64,000 nucleotides of DNA from the NCBI GenBank assembly GCA_963715645.1, contig OY970259.1:1563457-1627456 (forward strand), in the 5' to 3' direction. The DNA comes from an uncultured Thermoplasmata archaeon. Its GTDB lineage: Archaea; Thermoplasmatota; Thermoplasmata; Lutacidiplasmatales; UBA184. The notes under the pieces are model-generated. The model did no database searches. It was given only the letters and a program-made list of their open reading frames with translations, and had not been told where the DNA came from. A program made the translations under genes and the position numbers. Positions 22,446 through 33,819 of the stretch are shown here, piece by piece (within the stretch, counting starts at the first letter, position 1; the number at the start of each line of letters is the position of its first letter).

Positions 22446-23360
22446 TCACTTGGGCGATGGCGATGAGGTGCTGCCACCCAGCCGCATTCGGTAATGAAAC
22501 TCTTTCCGGTAATGCGTGAAACCGAGGCTCTCGTAAAGGTGCTGGGCGAGGATCTTGTCGTCGTCCGTGTCGAGGAAGGCGTCGATTATCCCCCTCTTAC
22601 GGGCGTCGGCCAGAAATCGCTCAATCAGTGCCCTGGCAGGGCCTCTTCTTCGAAACCGGTCGAGGATGTGTAGCTCCTGAAAGTTCGCGTAACGATCCAC
22701 ATTCCGATCGAAATACGGTCTCTTCCCTTCGAACCAGTAGAGGAAGCCCGCGTACTCGCCATTTACTTCAACGACCAGCAGGCCGTCCAGGGGGATGCGA
22801 GAGAGTTTCGAAACATCGCCGAAGGGATCCCAAGGAGTGTCTCCGTGGGCGTATCCGAACACAATGACGTGTCCCTTCATCCTCTTGATGAGTCTCCGCT
22901 CGGCCGCACCCCGTGCGAGATCTCCATTGACCACGGAGCTCACCGTCCCTTGCAGCAGCGAGGCGGCGGCGCCAACCGATACAATGATTAGAGCGATCAA
23001 GAGGCTCGCCTCGGTTCCGTTGAGCGTCCTGAAGTTCCCGCCGTTCGGTGTGCACAACCCAATTGTTGTGATCGTCGAAACCGATGCCAGCGTTGCGTTG
23101 ATGGGCTCCGGATGGTCGTAGTAGGAGAAGACCGCGGCTCCCGAAGCAAACATCGCAGCTGCCACTATCAGTTGTTTGTTGACGTTTCTCGCGAGTACGA
23201 GAGAAGCGTAGAGGGATTGGTGGAGGATGAATCCAATCGTCCGGGAATGGCACTTAAACCTTCGGGGAGGGGCTCGGGTGAAGACCGGGCAGTTCGGCTG
23301 AGGTATGCTCGGGGCAGACCGTACGCATCTTACCCCTTTCTGGTGGGTGATGAGTGTCAA
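22446..23360 (-). CDS. Chimeric ORF: 2-TM potassium-channel pore plus start of RCK, fused in frame to a GNAT domain
   Basis: ASVSTITTIGL pore loop and MKGHVIVFGY (start of TrkA-N), then abruptly YAGFLYW...ILDRFRRRGPARAL...LYESLGF (GNAT). Confidence 0.7.
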   Translation of the reverse strand: MTLITHQKGVRCVRSAPSIPQPNCPVFTRAPPRRFKCHSRTIGFILHQSLYASLVLARNVNKQLIVAAAMFASGAAVFSYYDHPEPINATLASVSTITTIGLCTPNGGNFRTLNGTEASLLIALIIVSVGAAASLLQGTVSSVVNGDLARGAAERRLIKRMKGHVIVFGYAHGDTPWDPFGDVSKLSRIPLDGLLVVEVNGEYAGFLYWFEGKRPYFDRNVDRYANFQELHILDRFRRRGPARALIERFLADARKRGIIDAFLDTDDDKILAQHLYESLGFTHYRKEFHYRMRLGGSTSSPSPK

Positions 23361-23426
23361 TCGACGGCTTGACCCTCCCCGGCGGCAGCCATTGACCCCG
23401 CGAGATCCGTTGGTTTCGATATGCTT

Positions 23427-23765
23427 CTATCCCAACCAGTTCCAGAAATCGTCCCGCCAGAAGTCCACCGACTCGTGGACATGCCGAATCCGCGTCAACT
23501 TCAGCCCTTCCCGCTCGGCGACCTTGAACCGTCTCCGCAATTCCTCAACGGTCTCGTCCGAGAGAGAGTCGAGCAGCCGCTTCAGGTCCCGCTCGATTCC
23601 GATATCGAGGGCACGATCGGGGTGACGGATCACGAGGCGGAAGTGGTGACCCCCCGAACCTTCGACACGCACTACTTGCCAGACAAGCGCCTCCCCGCGC
23701 TCTTGCTCGAGTCGGAAGGCGGCGAGATTACCAATCGCCTCCGCGGTAAAGTTCTCGTCCGTCAA
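23427..23765 (-). CDS. Hypothetical protein
   Basis: 112 aa ORF with globular-protein composition, ending FWRDDFWNWLG. Confidence 0.65.
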   Translation of the reverse strand: MTDENFTAEAIGNLAAFRLEQERGEALVWQVVRVEGSGGHHFRLVIRHPDRALDIGIERDLKRLLDSLSDETVEELRRRFKVAEREGLKLTRIRHVHESVDFWRDDFWNWLG

Positions 23766-23967
23766 CCCGGGCCTCAGATACAGCCCAATCTCGAGTCCGC
23801 GGTGCGTGCGAACCCGAGACCAATTGGGTGGAAACCTCCTTCGGTCCCAGCCATGGGGTCTCGGGGAAGAAGTTCACCATCTCCTTCCGAAGGGGGTGGT
23901 CCGCTGCGCCCGCAAATCCCATACTCTGTATCGTGTCTCACGCCGTATCTCGGGAGGGGAACAAACA

Positions 23968-25909
23968 ACGACGACGAATCCTCCCGGTTCTCCGCCCTCA
24001 AACAGGGCGAGCGCTCTTCCTACCCCTCCTCGGTCCGGCGGTTTCTGGAGCCGGTGGCTCCCGATAGGTCGGCCTTCCGGCACTGCCGCTTGGACGAGCG
24101 TCTATCGCGACCTCGCTCGGTGGGTGGTGATCGCGGTTCCTATTGGAATAGTCGCCGGGCTCGGCGCTGCGCTGTTCTACTACCTCATCAACCTGCTCAC
24201 TGATACGCTGCTGGTTCAGCTGGCCGGATTGACGCTCCCCTCGGAGGGTACGTCCACCCTTTCTCAGCTCACTTGGTCTAGCTCCCTTTCCCCGGATCCT
24301 CATCGTCCCCGCGCTTTTGGTCATCGGCGGGCTCGCAGTGGGGGTCATCGTTTGGGGCGCCGCCCCCGAGGTGGCGGGTCACGGAACCGACGCGACCATC
24401 CGCGCCTTCCACAAGACCGCCGGCAAGGTTCGGGTACGGGTGCCAATCCTGAAGACGATCGCCAGTGCGATCACTCTTGGAACAGGAGGAAGCGGAGGAC
24501 GGGAGGGACCGGTCTCTCAGATCGGGGGCGGGTTCGGGTCGATTTGGTCGGACCTCTTCCGTCTCGGGGCCCGGGACCGACGGATCGCGCTCGCGACCGG
24601 GATGGGCGCGGGTATTGGTGCGATTTTCCGAGCCCCATTGGGTGGAGCGGTCTACTCGGCCGAAATCCTCTACACGGGCGACTTCGAGCCCGAAGTATTC
24701 GTCCCCGCAATCATCGCGTCGGTGGTGGCGTACTCCGTCTACTCCACCATTTTCGGCTTCCACACCCTCTTCGCGACGCCGGCCGCGCTCTCGAGCTACG
24801 CGTTCGACCCGGCCCGGTTACCGCTCTACGCCCTCCTGGGAATCGTGTGCGGTGCTGTCGGAATTTTCTTCGTTTGGATGTACCATCGAACAGACGCGTG
24901 GTTCGCATCGCATCACTGGTCTCCGCTCGTCCGGCCGGCGATTGGGGCGGCGGTCGCCGGAGTGATCTTCCTTGGAGCGTATTTCCTACTTCCAGAACAA
25001 GGACACTTCGCCTCGCTCTCCTCGCTTTCGATCGGGTACGGCTTCGTCCAGGCGGTGATGCTCGGTCAGCTCTCGTCGGGGAGTTTCACGGCGATGGTGT
25101 TCGCGATTCTGCTGGCCGCCGTGTTCCTCCGTATGGTGATGACGTCGTTCGTTGTCGGCAGCGGAGGGAGCGCGGGCCTGTTCGGGACGAGCGTCGTGGT
25201 CGGGGCGTTTCTCGGCACGGTGGTCGGTGGGATTTCTCACAATCTTTTGCCAGGCCTCGTTCCCGTCTCCGTGGTCCCGGTCTTCTCGATCGTCGGGATG
25301 ATGTCGTTCTTCGGCGGGATATCGAAGGCACCGCTCGGGGTGCTGATCATGGTGGTCGAGATGGCCGGCACCTACACGATCCTCCCGGCGGCCATGCTCT
25401 CGATCTTCGTCGCCTACGTTGTGACGGGCCGCACCCACATCTACAGCGAACAGCTGCCGAGCCGCATCCAGAGCCCCGCGCACCAGGAGGAGTACCGAGT
25501 GTACTTCCTTTCTACGACCCCGATCGGCGACATCGCCGCGCACGAGTCCGAGATTGTTCCCCCCTCGATGCGCTTGCGCGAGGCAATCGACATCGCAGTG
25601 GCGAACGGACGCGCGGTACTCTCGGTAGAAGAAGCGGGGTCCTGGATGGGCGCCGTGCGTCTGAGTGACATGCTCGCGGTTCCCCCGGAGCGGATGACTC
25701 AAGTTCGATTGGCAGACCTCATGCGTCCGGTTGAGCTCCTCCTCCCGGCCGACCTCTCCGCCGACGAATCACTTCGCCGGATGGAACAGCAGGGAACGAA
25801 CTTGGCGGCGGTCGTGTCGGTCGAGGGAGCTAGCCGAGTGATCGGCCTCGTGACACGCCGAGGAATCCGGGCCCCCGATCCCAATTCGACGCCCTCTTCG
25901 TCCTCCTAG
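23968..25909 (+). CDS. ClC chloride channel/Cl-:H+ antiporter with C-terminal CBS pair, frameshift near 24290 (start uncertain)
   Basis: PEVAGHG, GSGGREGP (gating glutamate), FRAPLGG, GGSAGLFG and CBS domains. Confidence 0.92.
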
Positions 25910-25960
25910 CGTCTCCCGCGTGGCCGCTCGAAGATCGAGGATCCCCGGGTCCGCGGGACT

Positions 25961-28472
25961 TCACTGAGAGAGATGCCGGTGGCGAGGGTGAAAGAACCAG
26001 CGCCACGGCAGACGGGCAGTTAGCGCGACTCGGGGTTCCCTGTGGACTCTGTTGGCATCGCTGCGATCCAACCACCGGTAGGTCCACTGCTTAGCTTGGT
26101 CCACTAGGAGGATCTCGACCGCCGCATACCCCCAGATGCCGACCACCCACAATGGAGGAACGCGTGGGATAAGCCAGCCCATCAGGGCGAGGAGGGAGGC
26201 GAAGACCTGGGTCCCGATGACGCTCAAGAGCAGTATGTTGGCCGGTCGCGATTTCCAGAACGGTCCCTCGGTGCGGGTCAGGAAGATGACGAAATGTCCA
26301 GCGACCGAGAGTTTGAGATAGAATAGTGTCTGCAGAGGAGCGCCTGAGATGTGAAGGGGACCGACCGCGATCGCCAACAACAGGAACGTAGACGCGACCC
26401 CGGTGATTCCGAGCACGGAGGAGACCCGAAGGATCCGGCCCATCCTCCAAGAAACCGGCGTCGGGGAGATCGGAGTGCGGTCGTACGCGATGGCGAGGAT
26501 CGCGGCGTCGTTGAGCAGGGCAATGAGGACGATTTCGAGCGCTGTAACAGGAAAGAACCCAAGGATGACGATCGTGAGGGTGATGAACAGGAGCAGTCGG
26601 ATCGTCTCCTCGATCCGGTAGATGGCGTACGACGCTCATCCGGGCAAAGGTCTGCCGCGCTTGCCGGATCGCCGTGAGGATCACTCCGAGCCCCGGCGCG
26701 GTCAGCACCACTGCGGCCGCGGACCGAGCCGCATCCGACGCTCCCGAGACTGCGATTCCCGCGTCCGCCTTCTTCAGCGCCGGGGCGTCGTTCACGCCAT
26801 CCCCCGTCATCCCGACGATATGTCCGTGCCGCTGCAGCTGATCGACGATCTCGTACTTGTGCTCCGGGAAAACCTGAGCGAAGACACTCGTCTCTTCGAA
26901 GACTTGGGCCCGCCGTGCCTCCCCCGCGCTGCCGTTCCACTCGTCGGGCGTCGTGACGGCGCCTTCCATCCCTAGTTGGTGGCCGGTCTCTCGCGCGATC
27001 GCCGCCTGGTCGCCTGTTACCATCTTGACCTGCACTCCGAGCGCCCGGATCTCTGCGAGGACTTCCGCGGAGTCCGGCCGTAGCGGGTCGAAGAGGGGGA
27101 TCACACCGAGGAATTCCCACGGCCCGTTGCCGCGGGCCCGCGCGACGCCGAGGGCTCGGTAACCGTGGCGGGCGATCTCCGAGACAGCTGTGTCGAGGGC
27201 GGCCGGTACATTCGCCGCTCCACTGGCGACTGATAGGATGGCTTGCGGAGCCCCCTTGGTCACTCGGAGAGTCGAACCGTCCGGCGCCACCAACGAGGCC
27301 TCGGTGCGCTTGAGGACCGGATCGAACGGCAAGAAACGGGTCACCCGGTGCTTCCCCGCGAGCGCGAGAGCCCCGGGCGATGAGAGGATCGCATCGTCAA
27401 TTGGGTCGTGATCGTCGACTCGGGAGGCCAGGACGGCCGCTTCCAGGACCTCGTCGGCCGTGACGCCCTCGAAGGCGACGGGGCTCCCCATTCGTAGAGC
27501 GTTCTGTGTGAGCGTGCCCGTCTTGTCGGAACAGAGCACGTCGATACCCGCGAGCTCCTCCATTGCTTCGAGTCGAGTAACAATCGCCTTCTCGTCGGCA
27601 AGGGTCCGTGCCCCGACCGCCATGGTGACGGAGAGCACCGTCGGCATGGCCACAGGAATGGCGGCGACGGCGAGTACGAGGGCGAACTGGACAGAAGTGA
27701 GCAGGTTCACGCCACGGGCTACCGAAACGGCCTCGATGACCACCGCGAGGCCGAGGGCGAGCACGATGAGGGTGTCTCCTATACGGAGAATGGCGCGTTG
27801 GAGGTGACTCACGGGCTGCGCCGAGGCGACGAGCTGAGCGGTCCGCCCGAGGAAGGTCTTCGGTCCGATCGACGTTACCGTCGCCGTTCCTTCTCCGCGC
27901 CGGACGATCGACCCCGACAGCGCCGTCTCCCCCGATGAGCGGGAAACGGTGAGCGACTCGCCGGTGAGCGCCGACTGATCGAGCTCGAGCGACGCATCGG
28001 CGAGCAGATGGACGTCCGCGGGGACGATGTCCCCCATCCGTAAACGAATGATGTCTCCCGGAACTAACTCACGGGCCGGAAGGCTGTTCCAAACCGTGTC
28101 GCGCAGCACTCGAGCTTGGGGTGCGAGATGCGCCTTCAGAGCGGCTACCGCGTTCCCAGACTGGTACTCTTCCCAGAATCCGACGGTGGCGTTAACGATG
28201 AGCAGGGTGAGAATGATCGCGAAGTCGTCCCAGTTCTGCAGGACGGCGGCGAGCACTGCCGCCACTTCGATCATCCAGGGGATCGGACCCCAGAGATACG
28301 AGGCGAGCCGGCGCCAGAGGCTTACCCTCCGTTCGGGAATCTCGTTGAAACCCTCTCGCCCTTGACGGCCCCTTACTTCGGAGGACGAGAGTCCCTTCGG
28401 GGGCGTGGCAGGGAGTTGCGAAGCGGGGACCAATTTCGGCGCCTCGGGAGCACTTTCGCTCGTCTGCGGCAA
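25961..28472 (-). CDS. Plasma-membrane-type proton-efflux P-type ATPase (P3A), frameshift near 26635
   Basis: WGPIPWMIE, DQSALTGES, AIPVAMP, CSDKTGTLT, KGAP, TGDGVNDAPALK, IALLND and YLKLSVAGH. Confidence 0.95.
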
Positions 28473-28557
28473 GCCTCCATCGTCCCGAACGCCGATTCCA
28501 CCTAACCCTTCCGAACGAGCTCGTCTCCTAAGCAAAGGCATTCGGGTCGAGGAGGAT

Positions 28558-28744
28558 TGGTTCAGAATCGGAAGATTTGTTCCATGCGTGGCATCGGCAC
28601 CGCCGTTCTCTTCGAATCCGATAAAATGGTGGTTGTTGCGGATTAACAGTTACACAAGCATAGAATCCGAACATCCGTTCCAGGCGTGGCCCCAGCATGA
28701 ACTTCTTTTCGAATCCCCTTCTCGGCTCCACCTTTGCAAGGGGG
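28558..28744 (+). repeat. Dispersed intergenic repeat, copy 1 (two tandem sub-units about 98 bp apart)
   Basis: 28564-28693 aligns with 35512-35642 (shared GTTACACAAGCATAGAATCYGAACATCCGTTC..GGCGTGGCCCC); ends CGGCTCCACCTTTGCAAGGG as at 30870 and 31579. Confidence 0.85.
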
Positions 28745-28868
28745 TGGGTTTTCAAACCGGACGCCGCATCGCGTCCCCTACCCTGCGGACCCGCGCGCAC
28801 CTCGCGGTCGGTCATCGGACGCGCGCGTCCTTTATGAAGCCCGCGCGGAGGCTATTCCTGTACGGGCA

Positions 28869-29576
28869 TCAAGACGCCGCGGCCTCGGTCTTTGCTGGAG
28901 TCGTTCTCGACAGGCTGTAAACCTTCCAGCCGATCAGGAGAGGGAAGATGACAAACGTCAGAAGCGCGGGGAGAGCGAACAAGGCGGAAGTGACCGCAAA
29001 GAGGGAGACCCCGACAAGGCCCACCACTCCAAATACCGCGGTCAATCCGCCAAGGATCTTTCCCACCGCCGGGGCCCCGAACATGGCCACCGCGAGGAGT
29101 ATGAAACCGATTGACAGGAAGATGTACGCGTCGGTATCGAACTGATTGAACATCCCTTGGGTTGCTTGCCACACCTGGACGGCCGCCGCCTGCTGAGCGG
29201 CGGTCGCCCCCGCTGCATGATACTGGTCGGAGATCGGAGCCATGGCGACATTCGGCTCACTTTCAGCCCCCAACACGGCTAGGCCGAGAAAGCTCACGAC
29301 GGTCCCGAACATCGCCGGGGCGAGGCTCGATTTTCGGAGGGCGAAAAAGAGGGCCAGGAAGAGAGGCATCAACAAGACCGTGCCCACGAGGAAGAGCGTT
29401 TGCCCCACGATGATTTGCGTGTGGAGGCCGGGGAAGTTAATGACCGGTGTCGCTCCCGAAGCGGTAGTCGACGTTCCGATGAATGCCACTTGATAGATGA
29501 TACTGACTACGAAGATGACCGCAGCCACCAAACCCGCGATACCTCCCCATTGCAGAACGCTCCTCTCCTGGTCCAT
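28869..29576 (-). CDS. Multi-pass membrane protein (DUF4386-like)
   Basis: WGGIAGL start and about 6 TM helices; divergent from the oxidoreductase. Confidence 0.7.
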   Translation of the reverse strand: MDQERSVLQWGGIAGLVAAVIFVVSIIYQVAFIGTSTTASGATPVINFPGLHTQIIVGQTLFLVGTVLLMPLFLALFFALRKSSLAPAMFGTVVSFLGLAVLGAESEPNVAMAPISDQYHAAGATAAQQAAAVQVWQATQGMFNQFDTDAYIFLSIGFILLAVAMFGAPAVGKILGGLTAVFGVVGLVGVSLFAVTSALFALPALLTFVIFPLLIGWKVYSLSRTTPAKTEAAAS

Positions 29577-29621
29577 GAACTCCCCGACCCCGGAAAGGGT
29601 TACACCGATAAGGAAGTACCT

Positions 29622-30617
29622 GTGAAGGCGATCGTTTGGACGCGCTACGGACCACCGGAGGGTCTTCAGCTCGTAGAGGTTGCGAGACCTACTCCTAAGG
29701 ACAATGAAGTTCTGGTCAGGGTACACGCGACAACAGTAACCGCAGGGGACTGTGAGCTTCGAAGTCTCAAGTTCTCAATCTGGCTCAGGGTCTTCTTTCG
29801 AATCTACATGGGCCTCACCAAGCCACGACGGAAGATACTAGGGCAGGAGCTCGCGGGGGACGTTGAGGAAATCGGCAAAGACGTAAAGCGATTCAAGAGA
29901 GGCGACCAAGTCTTCGGAACAACCGGCTTTGGTTTTGGTGCTTATGCCGAGTTCGACTGTGTCCCCGTGGAATCTCAGACCGCCGTGTTGGCGACAAAGC
30001 CGGCCAACATGACCTACGAGGAAGCCGCCGCCGTTCCCATGGGCGGCCTCGAAGCATTGCGTTTTCTGAGAAGGGGAAACCTTCAACGCGGACAAAGAAT
30101 CCTGATCAATGGCGCGGGTGGAAGCATCGGCACTGTTGCTGTTCAGCTTGCCAAGTACTTCGGGGCTGAGGTGACCGCCGTCGATTGCACGGAAAAACTG
30201 GAAATGCTGCGGTCAATCGGCGCGGACCGGGTCATTGACTACACTCGCGAAAAGTTCACCGAGAGCCGTGAGACCTACGACGCGATTCTCGATCTGGTAG
30301 GTAAGGGCTCGATTCCACACGGCCTGAGAGTGCTGAAGAGCCATGGAAGCTATCTCGAGGCTAACCCGCGTCTATCTTTGATGCTTCGAGGATGGACAAG
30401 TTCGAAGAGAGATGGCAGGAAGGTCATATTCAGAGCACCGAGCCCAACGACCGGAGACTTGGTTTTTCTCAAAGAGCTCATCGAGGCGGGGAGGATTAGG
30501 TCGGTAATCGATAGACGCTATCCTCTCGAGCAAGTTCCCGAGGCGCACCGCTACGTCGAATCGGGCCATGCTCGAGGAAAAGTAATCATCGTGGTGGAAC
30601 AGAACGGCATCACCTGA
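29622..30617 (+). CDS. NAD(P)-dependent MDR oxidoreductase (quinone-reductase-like)
   Basis: YGPPEGL, GAYAE, INGAGGSIGT, GADRVIDY and GHARGKVII. Confidence 0.9.
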   Translation: MKAIVWTRYGPPEGLQLVEVARPTPKDNEVLVRVHATTVTAGDCELRSLKFSIWLRVFFRIYMGLTKPRRKILGQELAGDVEEIGKDVKRFKRGDQVFGTTGFGFGAYAEFDCVPVESQTAVLATKPANMTYEEAAAVPMGGLEALRFLRRGNLQRGQRILINGAGGSIGTVAVQLAKYFGAEVTAVDCTEKLEMLRSIGADRVIDYTREKFTESRETYDAILDLVGKGSIPHGLRVLKSHGSYLEANPRLSLMLRGWTSSKRDGRKVIFRAPSPTTGDLVFLKELIEAGRIRSVIDRRYPLEQVPEAHRYVESGHARGKVIIVVEQNGIT

Positions 30618-30746
30618 TCGTGCCGAATCTAGGAGGCGGGAGCAATCCTGCCTGCGTCGTTCTTCGCTGTTCTTCATCGACCATTGCGGTGTGTTCCCCA
30701 ACGGGCTGGTTGCTTACTCGCGAAGGACCAGTCCGCCCGCTCTCAC

Positions 30747-30873
30747 GGTTTTCTTACGGGGGATGGGATAAGGGGGGGTCGCTAGACCGGGAGCTCTAGT
30801 GATCTGAGAGGGTCGGTACAGAATCGGACGTTTCGTTCCGAGCCCCTCTTCGGCTCCGCCTTTGCAAAGGGGT
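30747..30873 (+). repeat. Dispersed intergenic repeat, copy 2
   Basis: Contains CCGGGAGCTCTAG, GATCTGAGAGGGTCGGTACAGAATCGG (compare 61993-62017) and GTTCCGAGCCCC..CGGCTCCGCCTTTGCAAAGGG. Confidence 0.75.
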
Positions 30874-30876
30874 CCA

Positions 30877-31365
30877 TTAGTGTCCCTTCGCCGGCCGTCC
30901 CGCTCGATAGTCGGCCTCGCAGGCCGCCACAAATCGGGCCCAAGTGGCCGCTATTTGTGCGCGAAGTTCTTCCTTCGTCGGATGGTCGGGCGTGAGCCAG
31001 CGCTCGGTGGAGAGCAGATGAAGGCGGGTCCGCGCTCGGCCCATCGCGGTAACACGATAATCTAGCGACTGCCGATCGGTCTCGTCGATCTGATCGAGAT
31101 GCCAGGAGCGCGGCGGATTGAGACGCACCAGGTCGACGGCGATCGCGGGGTCGCGACCGAGCCCCCGGGCCACGCGGATGCGGACCACGCGGCGCGGCGA
31201 AACTCGGATCAATCGAAACGTCGGACGAGGACGCCTCTTCGAGAACCGCGAGTCACTGGTCCGGTAGTCCGTGCACCACTCGTACACGTATCGCGAAGGA
31301 GCGCGGATCGATAGTGACAAGCGAACCCGGGTGGTACCGTACAACCGGTGGCCCCGTTCGGCCAT
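30877..31365 (-). CDS. Hypothetical protein (SRPBCC/START-like fold possible)
   Basis: IRAPSRYVYEWCTDY N-terminus and WARFVAACE C-terminal helix. Confidence 0.65.
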   Translation of the reverse strand: MAERGHRLYGTTRVRLSLSIRAPSRYVYEWCTDYRTSDSRFSKRRPRPTFRLIRVSPRRVVRIRVARGLGRDPAIAVDLVRLNPPRSWHLDQIDETDRQSLDYRVTAMGRARTRLHLLSTERWLTPDHPTKEELRAQIAATWARFVAACEADYRAGRPAKGH

Positions 31366-31438
31366 GGGGAGCGGAAATCGGGGGTTCGACTTAAGCGCTC
31401 GTTGCCCAGTTAGGGGCCATCGAGTCGACCGTTCACAC

Positions 31439-31581
31439 CGTCTTCTAACGAGGGGTTTGTGTAATGGAGGGTGTGCCCCACCCGTGAGCTTCCGTCGCCC
31501 CTCGATCACCTTGTTAGGACGCCGGTCTAGAATCCGAAGATTCTTTCCGAGCCCCCGCCGGGCTCCACCTTTGCAAAGGGC
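31439..31581 (+). repeat. Dispersed intergenic repeat, copy 3
   Basis: TTCTAACGAGGGGTTTGTGTAA...CCCCTCGATC...GTCTAGAATCCGAAGATT aligns with 34603-34715; ends GGCTCCACCTTTGCAAAGGG. Confidence 0.85.
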
Positions 31582-31660
31582 GTGCCTTTTGTGCGGCGTG
31601 GGGTGTGGGTTCCCCGGACGCCCTGGCGTGGGCACGAACCCAGACCCCTGCGCGTCGCCG

Positions 31661-33652
31661 CTAAGGTGGCAGCCGGCCCAAATTCGTAGTCACCCGCCTC
31701 GGAATGCCGGTCGGGAGCTTCATGGCCCGGAGCAAGGCCACGAAGCGTGGCTCATCGCGGATTGGATCTAGGAACTCGGACTGATAGTAGTTCCACAGAA
31801 TCCTGTCCCCTTCCTGGAAGTCCTGTTCGAGGTGGGCCAGTGCCTTCTCCTTCTCTCCTTGCATGGCATACAAGAGGGCAGGCCCTCCCGCGGGGATGTA
31901 CCCGGGAAGGCGACCTTCCTCCAGATCGGCTGCCAGTGCTTTGCCCTCTTCCGGCCTTCCCAGGAAGGCGAAAAGCCCTGCCCGGAACAATCGAGCCATT
32001 AAGCTATGGGTTGTCGACATTGAGTCCAACGCCCTGAGGGCTTCGTCGACCCGGCCCGCGAGCGCATAAGCGATTGCGAGCGCGACCAGAACGGCGCCGG
32101 GTCCGGCAAAACTTTCCTTCAGTGTCTCGCCCATCCGGATCGCGGACTCTAGATCGCCGGTGTTCAGGTACGACCATGCCAGCTGCAGCCGGGGCAGAAG
32201 CCAAACAGGATCCAGCTCGATGGCTCTCCGGTTCTGTTCTCTTGCCTCGTCATTTCGCTGCAGGACCCCAAGCAAGTAGCCATACCAGAAGTGAGCCGTT
32301 GGACTGCTCGGGTTGAGCTCGATGCCCTTCCGGAACTCCGCTTCGGACCGAGGCCAGTCCAGATCACCTTGCATCGCGATATTGCCGAGCGCAATGTGAG
32401 CATCGGACGAGTTTGGATTCAGTTCGAGCGCCTTAGCCACCAGCACCCTGGCGCGGGGCAAAACTGCCCTTCCGGAGAGAGTAACGCCCAACGCGGCAAT
32501 GAGATGGTTGGCGAGGTAGGAGTAGGCCGCGGAGAATTGAGGGTCCTGTCGAATAGCCTCCTCAAAGTATTCCGAAGTCTCTCGATCGGCCTCTTCGCTC
32601 GCGGACCCTCCATAACGTTGGAACGCTTGGATTCCTCGCAGATAGGATTCGTACGCGACAAGGCTCGACGTTGGCTTCTCGTGAAGGGCCTCCCGCTCCG
32701 AACTCAGCAGCGCGACTCGGAGCGCACCAGCCGTCCGTTCCGCAACATCCGCTTGGATCGCGAACACGTTCTCGAGCTTGCGGTCGTAGGTCATCGCCCA
32801 TCGATGTTCCTCGGTCTGAGCGTCGATCAGCTGCACCGTGATCCGCAGCTGATTGTCGGCCTTTCGAACGCTCCCCTCCAGCACCGTGCTGACATTCAGC
32901 TCCAACCCGATCTGGGCGATCGTCTTCGAGGTGCCCTTGTACTGGCTCACGGACGTCCGTGCGATAACCCGAAGTCCGCGGATCTGGGACAGAACTGAGA
33001 TGAGTTCTTCCGTTAGACCGTCTGCGAAGTACTCGTCCTTCGGGTCCGGGCTGATGTTTGCCAGCGGAAGGACCGCGAGACGCGGAAGCAACTCCCCCTC
33101 TGCCCTCCTGTTGCCTCCGGTCCAGGGCAAGACGACACGGTACAGGTCGATGGGGAACCGCACGTTCTTGAGCGTCTTCGGTTCCAGTTTCTCGAGACCG
33201 TTCGGAATTTTGTTCCGGACCTGTCCGAACACCGGGTCGGTGATGCAGATCCCGCCCGGGTCGGCCAGCGCTTCGACCCGAGAAGCGATGTTCACCGAGT
33301 CCCCGACGATGTCGTTTCCTTCGTGCACCACGTCTCCCAAGTGGATCCCAATCCGAAGCCGTATCTTGGACGCGTCCGGGGCGGAGAGATTGTGCTCGTG
33401 GAGCATACGCTGGATCTCGACCGCGCACTGAACACCCTGGAGGGCACTGTCAAACTCCACCAGGAACCCGTCGCCCATTGATTTGACCTCGCGACCCCGG
33501 TGAGTGGCGAAAAGGGGACGAACGAGTCTCTGTTGCTGCCCACGCACCCGGAGTGCCGTGGCCTCATCCTCCTGGGCGGAGGCGGTGGAACCCACCATGT
33601 CGGTAAACATGATGGCGGCGAGTCTTCGGGTAGAGGCCACGACCCGAAACAT
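31661..33652 (-). CDS. Class III adenylate/guanylate cyclase with TolB-like domain and TPR repeats
   Basis: RRLAAIMFTDMVGST, KSMGDG, RIGIHLGD, GDSVNIASR; LAVLPLANIS..YFADGLTEELI; TPRs. Confidence 0.93.
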   Translation of the reverse strand: MFRVVASTRRLAAIMFTDMVGSTASAQEDEATALRVRGQQQRLVRPLFATHRGREVKSMGDGFLVEFDSALQGVQCAVEIQRMLHEHNLSAPDASKIRLRIGIHLGDVVHEGNDIVGDSVNIASRVEALADPGGICITDPVFGQVRNKIPNGLEKLEPKTLKNVRFPIDLYRVVLPWTGGNRRAEGELLPRLAVLPLANISPDPKDEYFADGLTEELISVLSQIRGLRVIARTSVSQYKGTSKTIAQIGLELNVSTVLEGSVRKADNQLRITVQLIDAQTEEHRWAMTYDRKLENVFAIQADVAERTAGALRVALLSSEREALHEKPTSSLVAYESYLRGIQAFQRYGGSASEEADRETSEYFEEAIRQDPQFSAAYSYLANHLIAALGVTLSGRAVLPRARVLVAKALELNPNSSDAHIALGNIAMQGDLDWPRSEAEFRKGIELNPSSPTAHFWYGYLLGVLQRNDEAREQNRRAIELDPVWLLPRLQLAWSYLNTGDLESAIRMGETLKESFAGPGAVLVALAIAYALAGRVDEALRALDSMSTTHSLMARLFRAGLFAFLGRPEEGKALAADLEEGRLPGYIPAGGPALLYAMQGEKEKALAHLEQDFQEGDRILWNYYQSEFLDPIRDEPRFVALLRAMKLPTGIPRRVTTNLGRLPP

Positions 33653-33819
33653 GCCCCGGTTAGATTAAGGCGCACCCTGCGCGGACAGTTCCTGTCAGGG
33701 GTTTGAAACCAGCATCTTGGATAGGTCGGGCTCCATTCCCCAGACGGATGACCTCGGTCCAACGACGGGGTCGGGTAACCCTTGGATATCCCGTCGGAGG
33801 CAGCTCGGCGTCCTGCGGT

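Noticed and set aside
31440-31520. Canonical integron attC site
   Set aside because: The ends resemble RYYYAAC and GTTRRRY, but the L boxes do not pair convincingly, the sister copy at 34603 lacks the matching end, and no intI is in the window. Kept only as a hypothesis.
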